DNA from: Candidatus Kaiserbacteria bacterium
Lineage (GTDB): Bacteria; Patescibacteriota; Minisyncoccia; Phycocordibacterales; UBA918
DNA length: 64,000 nucleotides
NCBI GenBank assembly: GCA_019634005.1
Contig: JAHQWD010000003.1
Location: forward strand, 304,539 to 368,538
Reading direction: 5' to 3'
This document shows positions 30,139 to 39,471 of this stretch, one piece after another. The notes beneath the pieces were generated by a model. The model saw only the letters and a list, made by a program, of their open reading frames with translations, was not told the origin of the DNA and did no database searches. Numbering within the stretch: the first letter of the stretch is position 1; each line of letters begins with the position of its first letter. The translations under genes were made by a program, and so were the position numbers.

Positions 30139-32345
30139 GCCACCTGCACCGCTTCATCAAACTCAATGGAAAGTAGTTTCGATACCCCGTCATTCCCCAT
30201 AGTCACTCCGTAGAGTACCCCCGCTCGACTCATAGTCTCACGGTTGTGTGTAATTAAAATAAGTTGGGACTTTTCTGCAAGTGCAGTAATCATATCTCCA
30301 TACCGCCGACTATTCGCCTCATCAAGTGCGGCGTCCGTCTCATCAAGAATGATAAAGAGTGGCGGATTCACCTGACTCATCGCAAAGATAAGTGCGATGG
30401 ACGTCAGTGCTCGCTCTCCCCCTGAAAGCATATCGAGTCCCCGCACTCGTTTGTTCGGAAGCTTTACATCAATCTCAATACCTTCTGGTTCTTCATTTTC
30501 TTCTTCGTCAAACAATTCCCCCTCCTCTTTCTTACGTACCTTCGGCTTCACGCGAAGCAACTTCGCCTCCCCGCCGCCGAACATAAGCATAAAGAAGCGT
30601 TGGAACTCTGTATTGATCTTCTCAATACCAGAGATAAAGAGTGTGTCTAACTCTTTGGTGAGGTCTGCAATCAATTCCGTAAGCTTCGCTACCGACTGCT
30701 CAAGATCTTCAATCTCCCGTGCAAGAAACTCATCTCGCTCCTTTGCCTCATTGTATTCTTTAAGAATTTCATCTCCAGATCCCTGCCCAAGATCCTCAAG
30801 TCGCACCTTGAGTCGCTCAAGCTGTCGACGGCGTTCCCGTTGTACACTCCGATCTTCATGTGCAATATTCTCTGCGTCCTCAAGCACCTGGAAGTCCTTG
30901 TACGCACTCGCAGCACTTCGAATAAGTGCAACCGCTTCGCGAACCTCTCGCTCAAACTCTTCAGTGTCCCGCGTGAGCGTCCGCATATCTTCCTCAACAC
31001 GTTCGAGCACAGACTCCAGCTCTCTCTTTTCATTCATAAGCGTAAAGACTTCCCGTTCCGCCTCACGCTCTTCAGAGTGCTCCTCTTCAATAGATTTCTT
31101 CAGTGCTTCGTACTGTGCACGTAATTTCTCCTCTTCCTCAGAAACATTCGTAAGTTTTGCTTTGAAAGATTCTTGCTTTTGTTTTAATTCTGCAAGCTCT
31201 CTTTCATCCTCTACGCTCGTGTTCGCCTCATCTCGCGGACGCTCCAACAGAGCTTTCAGTGCTGTCACCGCTTTTTGAAACGCCGCACGGATATCCTCCT
31301 CCTCAAGTGCACGTTCCATCTCCTCTTTCACTCCTTTCACCTGCGCATATGGAATTGGTGCCTCAGATACCGCTTCTTCCTTTCGTCTCGCGTCAGCAAT
31401 ACGACGCTCCAAGAACGATACCTGCCCTTCAATTGTTCCGCTCTCTCGAAGTACCTCTTCCCTCTCTCTTCGGACGCGAGAAATCTCAGACTCTAAGTGC
31501 ACGAGCTCGTCGCTCTTCTCATCTTTTGCAGATTCTTGGAGCTTCGTCTTTGCTTTTTGGAGAAGGTCATTCAGCTCTCCTAACCGTCGCTCTGGTGTCT
31601 CTTTCCGTTCTATAAGTGCTTTCTTCTGATGCGTAAGATACACATCTTCTCGGTAGAGATACTCCGCATATACGCCTTTCAGTTCTTCGCGTAGATCTTG
31701 TGCCTTCTCAAACTTCTTTACCTGTCGCTTTAGTGACGCAAGGTGTGGCGCCACCTCCCTTCGGAGTCCTTCAACATGCTCAATGTTATCCAGTGTCTTC
31801 CTAAGCTTCTGCTCACTCTCTTTCTTTTTATATTGATACACCTTGAGTCCAAGCGCGTCCTCGATCATTTCACGGCGCTCTTTTGGACTGGCGGTAAGGA
31901 TTCTGTCTGCCTCTCCTTGAGAAATAATGTGATGTCCAGTAGATCCGATATTTGCAGCAGCGAGGAGACTTTGTACGTCTTTGAGTCGTGTACGTGAGCT
32001 GTTCACGAGGTACTCATTTGAACCGTCGCGATGGACGACACGTTCGACAACGATCTCATCAAAATCTAATGGAAAGATTCTTTTTTCATTAGAGAGCGTC
32101 AGCTGTACCGAGGCGCGGTTTGCCCGAGACACAGAAGAAGACCCACTGAAGATAAGATCCTCTCCTTTCTTCCCTCGCATCTTCGATGTTGACTGCTCTC
32201 CAAGCGCAAATCGAAAACTCTCTGCCACGTTACTCTTCCCAGACCCATTAGGACCGACGATGGCAGTGATGGGTGTTTTAAACTCCAAGCCACTCTTTTT
32301 TGCAAAGGACTTGAACCCGTTGATTGTAAGTTCCTTTAGATACAT
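30132..32345 (-). CDS. smc: SMC-family chromosome-condensation ATPase, unusually short (737 aa) with no recognisable hinge
   Basis: N-terminal LKELTINGFKSFAKK...GPNGSGKSN...RGKKGEDLIFSGS and C-terminal LSGGERALTSIALIFA...FIILDETDAALD...ITHNRETM are canonical SMC head motifs. The roughly 430-aa middle is all coiled-coil. Conserved rnc-smc neighbourhood. Confidence 0.7.
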   Translation of the reverse strand: MYLKELTINGFKSFAKKSGLEFKTPITAIVGPNGSGKSNVAESFRFALGEQSTSKMRGKKGEDLIFSGSSSVSRANRASVQLTLSNEKRIFPLDFDEIVVERVVHRDGSNEYLVNSSRTRLKDVQSLLAAANIGSTGHHIISQGEADRILTASPKERREMIEDALGLKVYQYKKKESEQKLRKTLDNIEHVEGLRREVAPHLASLKRQVKKFEKAQDLREELKGVYAEYLYREDVYLTHQKKALIERKETPERRLGELNDLLQKAKTKLQESAKDEKSDELVHLESEISRVRREREEVLRESGTIEGQVSFLERRIADARRKEEAVSEAPIPYAQVKGVKEEMERALEEEDIRAAFQKAVTALKALLERPRDEANTSVEDERELAELKQKQESFKAKLTNVSEEEEKLRAQYEALKKSIEEEHSEEREAEREVFTLMNEKRELESVLERVEEDMRTLTRDTEEFEREVREAVALIRSAASAYKDFQVLEDAENIAHEDRSVQRERRRQLERLKVRLEDLGQGSGDEILKEYNEAKERDEFLAREIEDLEQSVAKLTELIADLTKELDTLFISGIEKINTEFQRFFMLMFGGGEAKLLRVKPKVRKKEEGELFDEEENEEPEGIEIDVKLPNKRVRGLDMLSGGERALTSIALIFAMSQVNPPLFIILDETDAALDEANSRRYGDMITALAEKSQLILITHNRETMSRAGVLYGVTMGNDGVSKLLSIEFDEAVQVAK

Positions 32346-32348
32346 GTA

Positions 32349-32849
32349 TTACCAACACTCAGCTCCTGCAGAATAGACGGCATACGATGCCTGGTCTGCA
32401 CTAGTCATTGAACCTCCACAACTATTCGGATACCGAGCATAGTCATCACCTTTCGCAAGTGTCTCTGTCTCTACGACGTTATACGCCATAAACTTATATT
32501 CACTGAAATCAGAGTTTGTACGATAGATGTACCCGTATGTATCATCTGTTGGATCGGTTGGAAGCTGTAAGATGTTATTGAGTCCATCGATATACTCTTC
32601 ACAGGTTCCATAGTTAGACCCATGTCCTGTCCACTGAGTAGTATTCCGTGAACATCCGACGTCTGGGTACTGCCCATATGCCTCTCGATATATTTCAATA
32701 GAGAGTCGTGCCTGCTCTACAGCAGCCAGCCGTTGTTTGTCTCGCGCATCTGCTCGCGCATCGCTAAGACCCCCTACAACAATAGAAGAGAGTATCGCGA
32801 TGATAGCCACCGCAACTAAAAGCTCAACAAGCGTAAATCCGCGTCTCAT
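32349..32849 (-). CDS. Type IV pilin/pseudopilin-like protein (prepilin N-terminal methylation motif)
   Basis: MRRGFTLVELLVAVAIIAILSS class III signal and a C-terminal Cys pair (CGGSMTSADQASYAVYSAGAEC). Start at ATG 32849 with TATACT 8 nt upstream. Stop lies 3 nt before the smc start. Confidence 0.65.
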   Translation of the reverse strand: MRRGFTLVELLVAVAIIAILSSIVVGGLSDARADARDKQRLAAVEQARLSIEIYREAYGQYPDVGCSRNTTQWTGHGSNYGTCEEYIDGLNNILQLPTDPTDDTYGYIYRTNSDFSEYKFMAYNVVETETLAKGDDYARYPNSCGGSMTSADQASYAVYSAGAECW

Positions 32850-32899
32850 ACCAATAGTATACAGTAGAAACGACGCACTCGCGTGCGCCGTTTCGTGGA

Positions 32900-33613
32900 T
32901 TACCACCCTTTAGTCTCAATGGCATTCTCTGCAGCCTCCTGCTCTGCCTCCTGTTTCGCTCGCCCCGTTCCTTCAGCAACCTTTGTCTCTCCAAAGAAGA
33001 CACCGACGGTAAATACTCTATCGTGATCTGGTCCTTCCTGTCCCAACGTCTGATAGCTTGGCGTCACATTTTCTTTTTCCTGCGCAAGCTCCTGCAGACG
33101 ACTCTTTGCATCCTGCCAAAGGCGCTTTTCTACAATCTCCTCAGTACGAGGGAAAAGGTTGTCTGCGATAAACTGCTCTGCCTTCTCGTATCCCTGATCT
33201 AGGTAGATTCCTCCAATGAGTGCCTCAAATGCATTGGCAAGAATATATTGCCGCGCACGACCCATATCTTTTGCCTCCCCTTTTGAAAGGAGGAGAAAAT
33301 CATTCACGCCAAGACGAGTGGATGCATCTGCAAGTGACACCGTGTTTACAAGTGCCGCACGAATCGCAGTGAGTTCCCCTTCTGGCTTCTCTGGATATTT
33401 CTTAAACAGGAAGTCTGTCACGACAAGTTCAAGAACAGCGTCCCCAAGGAACTCATACCGCTCGTTATGATCCTGTGTTGCATCACGATGCTCGTTCAAA
33501 TATGAACGATGGGTAATTGCGGTTAATAGGTTGGTTTTGTCTGTAAAACTGATACCAAGTATTGACTCCAGTTTTGCAAACTCGACCGAATTTGTTTCGT
33601 TGTTTATTTCCAT
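32900..33613 (-). CDS. rnc: Ribonuclease III
   Basis: ERYEFLGDAVLELVV signature and a C-terminal dsRBD. 237 aa. Confidence 0.9.
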   Translation of the reverse strand: MEINNETNSVEFAKLESILGISFTDKTNLLTAITHRSYLNEHRDATQDHNERYEFLGDAVLELVVTDFLFKKYPEKPEGELTAIRAALVNTVSLADASTRLGVNDFLLLSKGEAKDMGRARQYILANAFEALIGGIYLDQGYEKAEQFIADNLFPRTEEIVEKRLWQDAKSRLQELAQEKENVTPSYQTLGQEGPDHDRVFTVGVFFGETKVAEGTGRAKQEAEQEAAENAIETKGW

Positions 33614-33636
33614 ATAGTGGCTACGCTACCACAGAT

Positions 33637-34536
33637 TTATTTCTTGGCAACGAGCATCGTGACCGCCTTGGTCACAATCGGGAGAATGTCCTCGTAGAAG
33701 TTGAGCTCTAGAATATCGGTAATCTTGAACCACTTCGCGTCATCAAGACCCCCTTTCTGCTCCAACTCAATGTCGGTGTATGGAGACTGTGCGAGGAAGT
33801 AGGTGACCTGCTTACGCACTTTCCCTTTCTCTGGATGTGACGCAACGTACTCATTCTTTCCAAGTTCGCTTTCTACTTCAATATCAAGACCAATCTCCTC
33901 TTTAATCTTTCGCTGTGCACCCTCTTTCAAATCTTCATTTTCTTCAATACCCCCCTTTGAAAGCGTCCAGTGACCAAATATATCATGTACAAGTGCAAGA
34001 AAAACATCTCCGTTCTCATCCTTTGCGTACACAACTGCCCCCACCTTTCTTTCAATGTCCATTTCATCAAACGGAATATCCTTCTTCTTTCGTGCAGATC
34101 CTTCATCCTTACCTGGCTCTCCGATTTCTTTGTACACGGCACCAAGCACTCCATTGATGAATCGACTGGAGTTGTCTCCACCAAACTGTTTTGCAAGCTC
34201 AATCGCCTCATTGATTGCCACCTTTGCAGGCACCTGGGAACGATCTGCAAAAAGAAGCTCGTACAGACCGAGTCTGAGTATGTTTCGGTCTACTGGAGAA
34301 ATACGATCAATAGGCCACTCTGGCGCAGCTTTCTCAATAATTAAATCTAGTTCCGACTTTTTGGAAGTAACTCCGTCAAGGAGCTGTGTCATAAATGGCA
34401 TGTCCGACTTATTCTGAGCAAATTCTTCCACATTACGAGAAAGAGCCTCCGATGCTTCGGCTTTTCCCATATCGCCCTGATCCCATTCAAAGAGCGTCTG
34501 AAGAACAATTGATCGTGAAAGATGTCTCTGTGCCAT
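33637..34536 (-). CDS. nusB: NusB antitermination factor fused to a C-terminal NUDIX hydrolase domain
   Basis: Residues 1-150 are NusB-like (LFEWD..., RNILRLGLYELLF). Residues about 160-299 carry a Nudix box SKGGIEENEDLKEGAQRKIKEEIGL. Confidence 0.7.
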   Translation of the reverse strand: MAQRHLSRSIVLQTLFEWDQGDMGKAEASEALSRNVEEFAQNKSDMPFMTQLLDGVTSKKSELDLIIEKAAPEWPIDRISPVDRNILRLGLYELLFADRSQVPAKVAINEAIELAKQFGGDNSSRFINGVLGAVYKEIGEPGKDEGSARKKKDIPFDEMDIERKVGAVVYAKDENGDVFLALVHDIFGHWTLSKGGIEENEDLKEGAQRKIKEEIGLDIEVESELGKNEYVASHPEKGKVRKQVTYFLAQSPYTDIELEQKGGLDDAKWFKITDILELNFYEDILPIVTKAVTMLVAKK

Positions 34537-34596
34537 ATACTCTCGTTTCTCTAGTACTATATCAAAAAAATCCCAGTTGTGGGATTTTTTGGTGGA

Positions 34597-34959
34597 TTAC
34601 TCTGGTTTCTTCTCTGGTTTTGTGTCCTGTGTATTTTCCTCAGTAGCCTTCTTTGAAGTATCTTCCTCTGGAGTTACTGGAGTCTCCTCCATAACTTCTG
34701 GCGTTGCCTCTGGAGCAGCTTCCGCCATCTCTGACTGGATACGCTCTCGGCGTGCTTCCATACGCGCTTCGCGCTCTTTACGCTTTGTCTCAAGATCCAT
34801 CACCTGCCGTCCATTGTAGTACCCACAATTAAGACACATGTGGTGCGGACGATGCATTTCGCCACAATTTGGGCACTTTGAAAGCGTCGCTTCCTTAAGC
34901 GCGTGGTGTGATCGGCGGTTCTTTGTGTGAGACCGCGTATGTCGCATTCGTATAACCAT
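34597..34959 (-). CDS. rpmF: 50S ribosomal protein L32 with an acidic C-terminal extension
   Basis: RRSHHAL...CPNCGEMHRPHHMCLNCGYYNGRQV zinc-ribbon L32 core, followed by a roughly 65-aa E/A/T-rich tail. Confidence 0.8.
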   Translation of the reverse strand: MVIRMRHTRSHTKNRRSHHALKEATLSKCPNCGEMHRPHHMCLNCGYYNGRQVMDLETKRKEREARMEARRERIQSEMAEAAPEATPEVMEETPVTPEEDTSKKATEENTQDTKPEKKPE

Positions 34960-35059
34960 AGTGGCGACAACTATAACAGATAGACCCTAGAATTGCAATA
35001 TAAAATAAGACCGGTAGCCACCGTGGTGACATACCGGTTCTTTTTGAGATTCCTCGCTG

Positions 35060-35341
35060 TTACGCAGCGATCTTGTTCGGAGACTTACCTTCTTTTTTTT
35101 GTTCTTGTCTCTCATAGTTGGGACAAGCACCCCTTGGGATTGCACGCCAACCAGCATCGGATCCTTTCGATCCGCAAAAAACTGATGCGAGCAGTCTCCC
35201 TTTGTGAAGACTATCGCCACCGTGGCAATTCTTACAGGTTGCGCACGGAGCTTTCATTTCGTCGAGTCTCTTTCGACATTGTTCCTCTTTACGATTTGCA
35301 AGGAAATCCATATTCCCTTCCATCTCTACCCCAGAACTCAT
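35060..35341 (-). CDS. Small Cys-rich protein, possibly a degenerate YceD/DUF177-like zinc-ribbon remnant upstream of rpmF
   Basis: CATCKNCHGG...C motif in the position where yceD normally precedes rpmF. An overlapping +1-frame ORF (34987-35220) carries a DPMLVG-type C-terminal motif, which suggests a frameshifted gene. Weak call. Confidence 0.2.
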   Translation of the reverse strand: MSSGVEMEGNMDFLANRKEEQCRKRLDEMKAPCATCKNCHGGDSLHKGRLLASVFCGSKGSDAGWRAIPRGACPNYERQEQKKEGKSPNKIAA

Positions 35342-35420
35342 TTTCAGACCTCTTCTTTTGTAAGATTAAGAACATACCCTTGGTCTCTTCCAAGGGTACT
35401 CAAGAGAATACCATTAGACC

Positions 35421-36008
35421 TCAAGAAATCAACCCCCTACAATACGATCTCCTGTGCACATCTGATACCCCATTCTCCAGTATTGCCTCCCTGTGCTTTT
35501 TCGTGCCATACCCTTTGTGTATATGAAAATCGTACTCTGCATATTGCTTAGAAATACGGACCATATACCTATCCCGTGTTACTTTCGCAAGAATAGATGC
35601 AAGTCCAATGACTTTCTCTTTTGCGTCTCCTTTTATAATGGTCTGCTGCATCTCAAACGCTTTCGGAGCATACAAAAGTCCATCGAGTCGCACATCGGTC
35701 TCTTTTGGATCAAGATTAAGTCCTCGAAATGCTCTTTGTATCGCAGATCGAATACACGGATTAATGCCTCTAGTATCAATGGAGTTCGCATGCACCATAG
35801 CAACTCTATAATCCAGAACACCGTCTCTCTTTAGTTTCTTTGCACGTATGAAAATTTCTTCCCTTCTTTTCTCTGATAGCTTTTTAGAATCTGTGACACC
35901 TGGAAGAAGGCTCCAGTCAAAATCGTGGAAAACACAGGCCACACCGACAGACACAGGCCCCGCAAGCGGCCCTCTTCCTGCCTCATCTACTCCCACAATA
36001 TGCTTCAT
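35421..36008 (-). CDS. rnhB: Ribonuclease HII
   Basis: GVDEAGRGPLAGPV N-terminal catalytic motif. 195 aa. Confidence 0.9.
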   Translation of the reverse strand: MKHIVGVDEAGRGPLAGPVSVGVACVFHDFDWSLLPGVTDSKKLSEKRREEIFIRAKKLKRDGVLDYRVAMVHANSIDTRGINPCIRSAIQRAFRGLNLDPKETDVRLDGLLYAPKAFEMQQTIIKGDAKEKVIGLASILAKVTRDRYMVRISKQYAEYDFHIHKGYGTKKHREAILENGVSDVHRRSYCRGLIS

Positions 36009-36055
36009 CGTACGTACATACTACCAGAAACGAAGTTTGCTATACTGGTACCACT

Positions 36056-39000
36056 ATGGCAGAGAAACTGGAGGCAGACTTTATACATCTACACGTACAC
36101 AGCCACTATTCTCTTTTGAATGCACTCCCCACTCCAAAGGAGCTTGCCGCTGCCGCAAAGGCAGATGGCATGCCTGCACTTGCCATCACCGATGCTGGCG
36201 CACTCTATGGTGCAATCGATTTCTATAAAGCGTGTACGAAAGAAGGTATTAAGCCAATTATTGGTGTTGATGCATTCCTTGCACCACGCACCATGGCGGA
36301 CAAAGAGGGGCGCATCGATAAACCACGAGGGCGTGTCGTTCTTCTCGCAAAGAATAACAACGGGTATAAGAACCTCATCGAGATGGTCACCCGAAGCTAC
36401 TGTGATGGTTTTTATTATCGTCCTCGCATAGATCATGAGCTCTTAGAAAAATACAAAGATGATCTCATCTGTATTATCCCGTCATTCAGTGGAGAACCCG
36501 TACTTGCACTGAAAGACGAACATCCTGAACAGGCAGGTGCATCTCTCGACTGGTACAAGAGTGTCTTTCAGGACGACTGTTACCTTGAGATCACCCATCA
36601 CCCAGAAATTCTTGGACATGAGACGACACAGAAGAAAATTATCGAGCTTGCACAGGGATCCAATACACCACTCGTTGCCGCACACGATGTGTACTATCTC
36701 AACAAGGAAGATCATATTGCACGAGAGGCACTCATAAAAATCCAGAATGGCGGTGTCGTCGATCCGTCCGACTTTGACGATGACCACGAAGACTTCTCTT
36801 TTATTACCCAAGAGAAGGCACAGGAACTCTTCAAAGACACTCCAGAGGCACTCTCAAACACCGTAAAGATTGCAGAACAGTGCACGGTAGACATTACCCT
36901 TGGACAGGAAGCATGGCAGTTTCCTCACTTCCCCATTGAAAGCGGTAAAGAACCAGATGCAGAACTTCACGATCGTGCGTATGAGGGTATTGTATGGCGC
37001 GGTCTTGATCCAGAGGATTCTACGATCAAAGAGCGACTCGAGTACGAACTTGGCATCATTAAGACAAAGGGGTATGCAAAATACTTCCTCGTGGTAGGAG
37101 ATCTCCTTCGTGAGTCTCGAGAGCGAGGAATTCTCACCACTATTCGCGGATCCGTTGCGGGGTCACTCACCACGTACGTGCTTGGAATTACGAACGTAAA
37201 CCCGCTGGAATACAAACTGCCGTTTGAGCGTTTCCTCAATCCCGAACGACCATCCGCGCCAGATATCGATATGGACTTCGCCGATAATCGGCGTGACGAG
37301 ATTATCGGGTATGCTCGTGACAAGTACGGGCATGATCATGTGGCACAGATTGGTACTTTTGGAACCATGATGGCACGTGCGGCTGTACGAGATGTAGCTC
37401 GTGCGCTTGGACACCCATACAGTGTGGGAGATAAAATTGCAAAACTCATTCCGATGGGAAGCCAAGGGTTCCCGATGACCATTGAGAAGGCGATGGATAT
37501 TGAACCTGACCTCAAGAAACTCTACAAGAGTGACCATGAAACGAGAGAGATTATTGATCTTGCGAAAAAAATCGAAGGTCGTGCACGCCACGTAGGAGTA
37601 CACGCTGCTGGAGTGGTGATCGCCCCAGAACCACTGAATCAATACGTGCCTGTACAGCCCGACCAGAAAACAGGAAAACTCATCACACAGTACGAGATGC
37701 ATAGTGTAGGAGAGGACGGTGTAGGGCTTCTTAAGTTTGACTTCCTTGGCATTAAGAATCTTGCCATCCTCGCGGACGCGGTAAAACGCGTACGAAAAAT
37801 TCATGGAGTGGAAATTGATATTGAAGATATTGATCTCGCAGATAAAAAAACATTTGAGATCTTAGCAAGTGGACAAACTATGGGACTCTTCCAGTTGAAC
37901 GGTTCGGGAATGACCGCGTTCTTGAAGCAACTAAAGCCAACCACTATTCACGACATCAACGCGATGGTGGCCCTCTACCGACCTGGTCCGATGGAGTCTA
38001 TTCCTCAATATATTGAACGAAAGCATAACCAGTCGCTCATTTCATATCTCGACCCTCGTCTTGAAAACATTCTTGATCGTTCGTACGGAGTGATTACCTA
38101 CCAGGACGACGTGATGATGATCGCGCGAGAACTTGCGGGATACTCATGGCTTGAGGCAGATATGCTCCGAAAGGCGATGGGTAAGAAGATTCCTGAGGTG
38201 ATGGAAGCAGAAAAAGATAAGTTGCTTGAAGGATTCCAAAAGCACGGAAAGCTTCCCCCAACGCTCGCAGAGAAACTGTGGAGACTGATCGAACCATTTG
38301 CTGCTTACGGATTCAACAAAGCACACGCTGCAAGTTATGGGCGAGTGGCGTATCAGACGGCCTATATGAAAGCGAACTATCCCGTGGAGTACATGTCTGC
38401 GGTATTGACCGCGGACTCTGGCGATACGGATAAGATCTCTGAGATTATCCATGAGTGTGATCGTATGGGTATCGAGGTGCTTCCACCAGACATTAACGAG
38501 AGCTTTTCAGATTTCTCAGTGGTGCCCGCAAAGGATGGTGGGGACGCAAAGATTCGCTTTGGACTGACTACCATTAAAAACTTCGGTGAAGGTATCGCTG
38601 ACGCAATTATTGAAGAGCGTAAAACAGGTGGACCATTTACTTCCCTCTCGGACTTTCTTACCAGAGTGACCGACAAGAATCTTAATAAAAAGTCTCTTGA
38701 GTCTCTGATCAAAGTCGGCGCATTCGATCAATTTGAAGAACGCAATACGATGCTTGAGAATCTCGACACCATGCTCGCATACAACAAAGAGCACGCTGCA
38801 GGGCAAGAGTCCGCACAAGACTCCCTTTTTGGAGGACTTGAGGATAACTCATTCCATGAACTCTCACTAAAGAAGGTGGGCCCCGCATCCATGACAGAAC
38901 TTCTTATTTGGGAGCGAGACTTACTTGGAGTCTACGTATCAGGGCACCCACTTGAGGAGTTCAAAGAGGAACTTAAGAAACGCGCCTCCATCAGCGATGT

Positions 39001-39286
39001 GAGAGCAGATGGACGCAACGGCATTCCCGTTGTCACCGCAGGACTCATAGAATCCGTCCGAGAACTCCTTACCAAAAAAGGAGACCGTATGGCATTTGTA
39101 CAGCTTGCGGATCAAAAAGAATCGATCGAGATGGTGGCTTTTCCAGAAGTCTTCACCACCTATAAAGAGCTTCTTGTACCAGGGACGTGTGTTGCAGTGA
39201 AGGGGCGGCTCTCTATACGTAATGACGAACCAACCATTGCTCTTGAACGAGCAAAACTGCTTGCAAAGAACGAGGAAACAGACTAG
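36056..39286 (+). CDS. dnaE: DNA polymerase III alpha subunit
   Basis: 1076 aa. PHP domain HLHVHSHYSLL, polymerase core and an OB-fold C-terminus. TATACT 13 nt upstream of the ATG, divergent from rnhB. Confidence 0.95.
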   Translation: MAEKLEADFIHLHVHSHYSLLNALPTPKELAAAAKADGMPALAITDAGALYGAIDFYKACTKEGIKPIIGVDAFLAPRTMADKEGRIDKPRGRVVLLAKNNNGYKNLIEMVTRSYCDGFYYRPRIDHELLEKYKDDLICIIPSFSGEPVLALKDEHPEQAGASLDWYKSVFQDDCYLEITHHPEILGHETTQKKIIELAQGSNTPLVAAHDVYYLNKEDHIAREALIKIQNGGVVDPSDFDDDHEDFSFITQEKAQELFKDTPEALSNTVKIAEQCTVDITLGQEAWQFPHFPIESGKEPDAELHDRAYEGIVWRGLDPEDSTIKERLEYELGIIKTKGYAKYFLVVGDLLRESRERGILTTIRGSVAGSLTTYVLGITNVNPLEYKLPFERFLNPERPSAPDIDMDFADNRRDEIIGYARDKYGHDHVAQIGTFGTMMARAAVRDVARALGHPYSVGDKIAKLIPMGSQGFPMTIEKAMDIEPDLKKLYKSDHETREIIDLAKKIEGRARHVGVHAAGVVIAPEPLNQYVPVQPDQKTGKLITQYEMHSVGEDGVGLLKFDFLGIKNLAILADAVKRVRKIHGVEIDIEDIDLADKKTFEILASGQTMGLFQLNGSGMTAFLKQLKPTTIHDINAMVALYRPGPMESIPQYIERKHNQSLISYLDPRLENILDRSYGVITYQDDVMMIARELAGYSWLEADMLRKAMGKKIPEVMEAEKDKLLEGFQKHGKLPPTLAEKLWRLIEPFAAYGFNKAHAASYGRVAYQTAYMKANYPVEYMSAVLTADSGDTDKISEIIHECDRMGIEVLPPDINESFSDFSVVPAKDGGDAKIRFGLTTIKNFGEGIADAIIEERKTGGPFTSLSDFLTRVTDKNLNKKSLESLIKVGAFDQFEERNTMLENLDTMLAYNKEHAAGQESAQDSLFGGLEDNSFHELSLKKVGPASMTELLIWERDLLGVYVSGHPLEEFKEELKKRASISDVRADGRNGIPVVTAGLIESVRELLTKKGDRMAFVQLADQKESIEMVAFPEVFTTYKELLVPGTCVAVKGRLSIRNDEPTIALERAKLLAKNEETD

Positions 39287-39291
39287 GATTA

Positions 39292-39452
39292 AGTCATCAG
39301 AGATTGCTTCGGCTACCACCCGAAGATGGAGTCCATGTCATATGACCTAATCTGATCAATGAAGTGCCTCTTTGTGAGGAAGCTCGGTGGAACCGCGGCA
39401 AAGACCGTCCGAGCAAGCGCATGATTTTCATGTGTTTGCTCGGGCGTTTTTA
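39292..39452 (+). promoter_or_regulatory. T-box riboswitch leader (Thr-specific) upstream of thrS
   Basis: T-box sequence GCUCGGUGGAACCGCGG at 39381-39398. Specifier-loop candidate GGCUACCACCCG with an ACC (Thr) codon at 39315-39317 followed by A. Intrinsic terminator CCGAGCAA...UUGCUCGG plus U5 at 39409-39451. An alternative antiterminator pairing (GCUCGG with CCGAGC) is possible. Confidence 0.6.
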
Positions 39453-39471
39453 TTTATCTAACACAGCATCT

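Noticed and set aside
30397-31278. 293-aa Ser-rich plus-strand ORF
   Set aside because: It lies entirely antisense to the SMC coiled-coil region. The Ser/Arg-rich low-complexity translation is the typical mirror image of an E/K/L-rich coiled coil, and there are no start-site signals.
30132-32345. Interpreting the short SMC-like ATPase as a defence-system (Lamassu LmuB / Wadjet JetC-like) component
   Set aside because: The head motifs match housekeeping SMC very closely, and the gene sits in the conserved rnc-smc neighbourhood. There is no adjacent effector-like gene. The 88-aa neighbour is a separate convergent unit.
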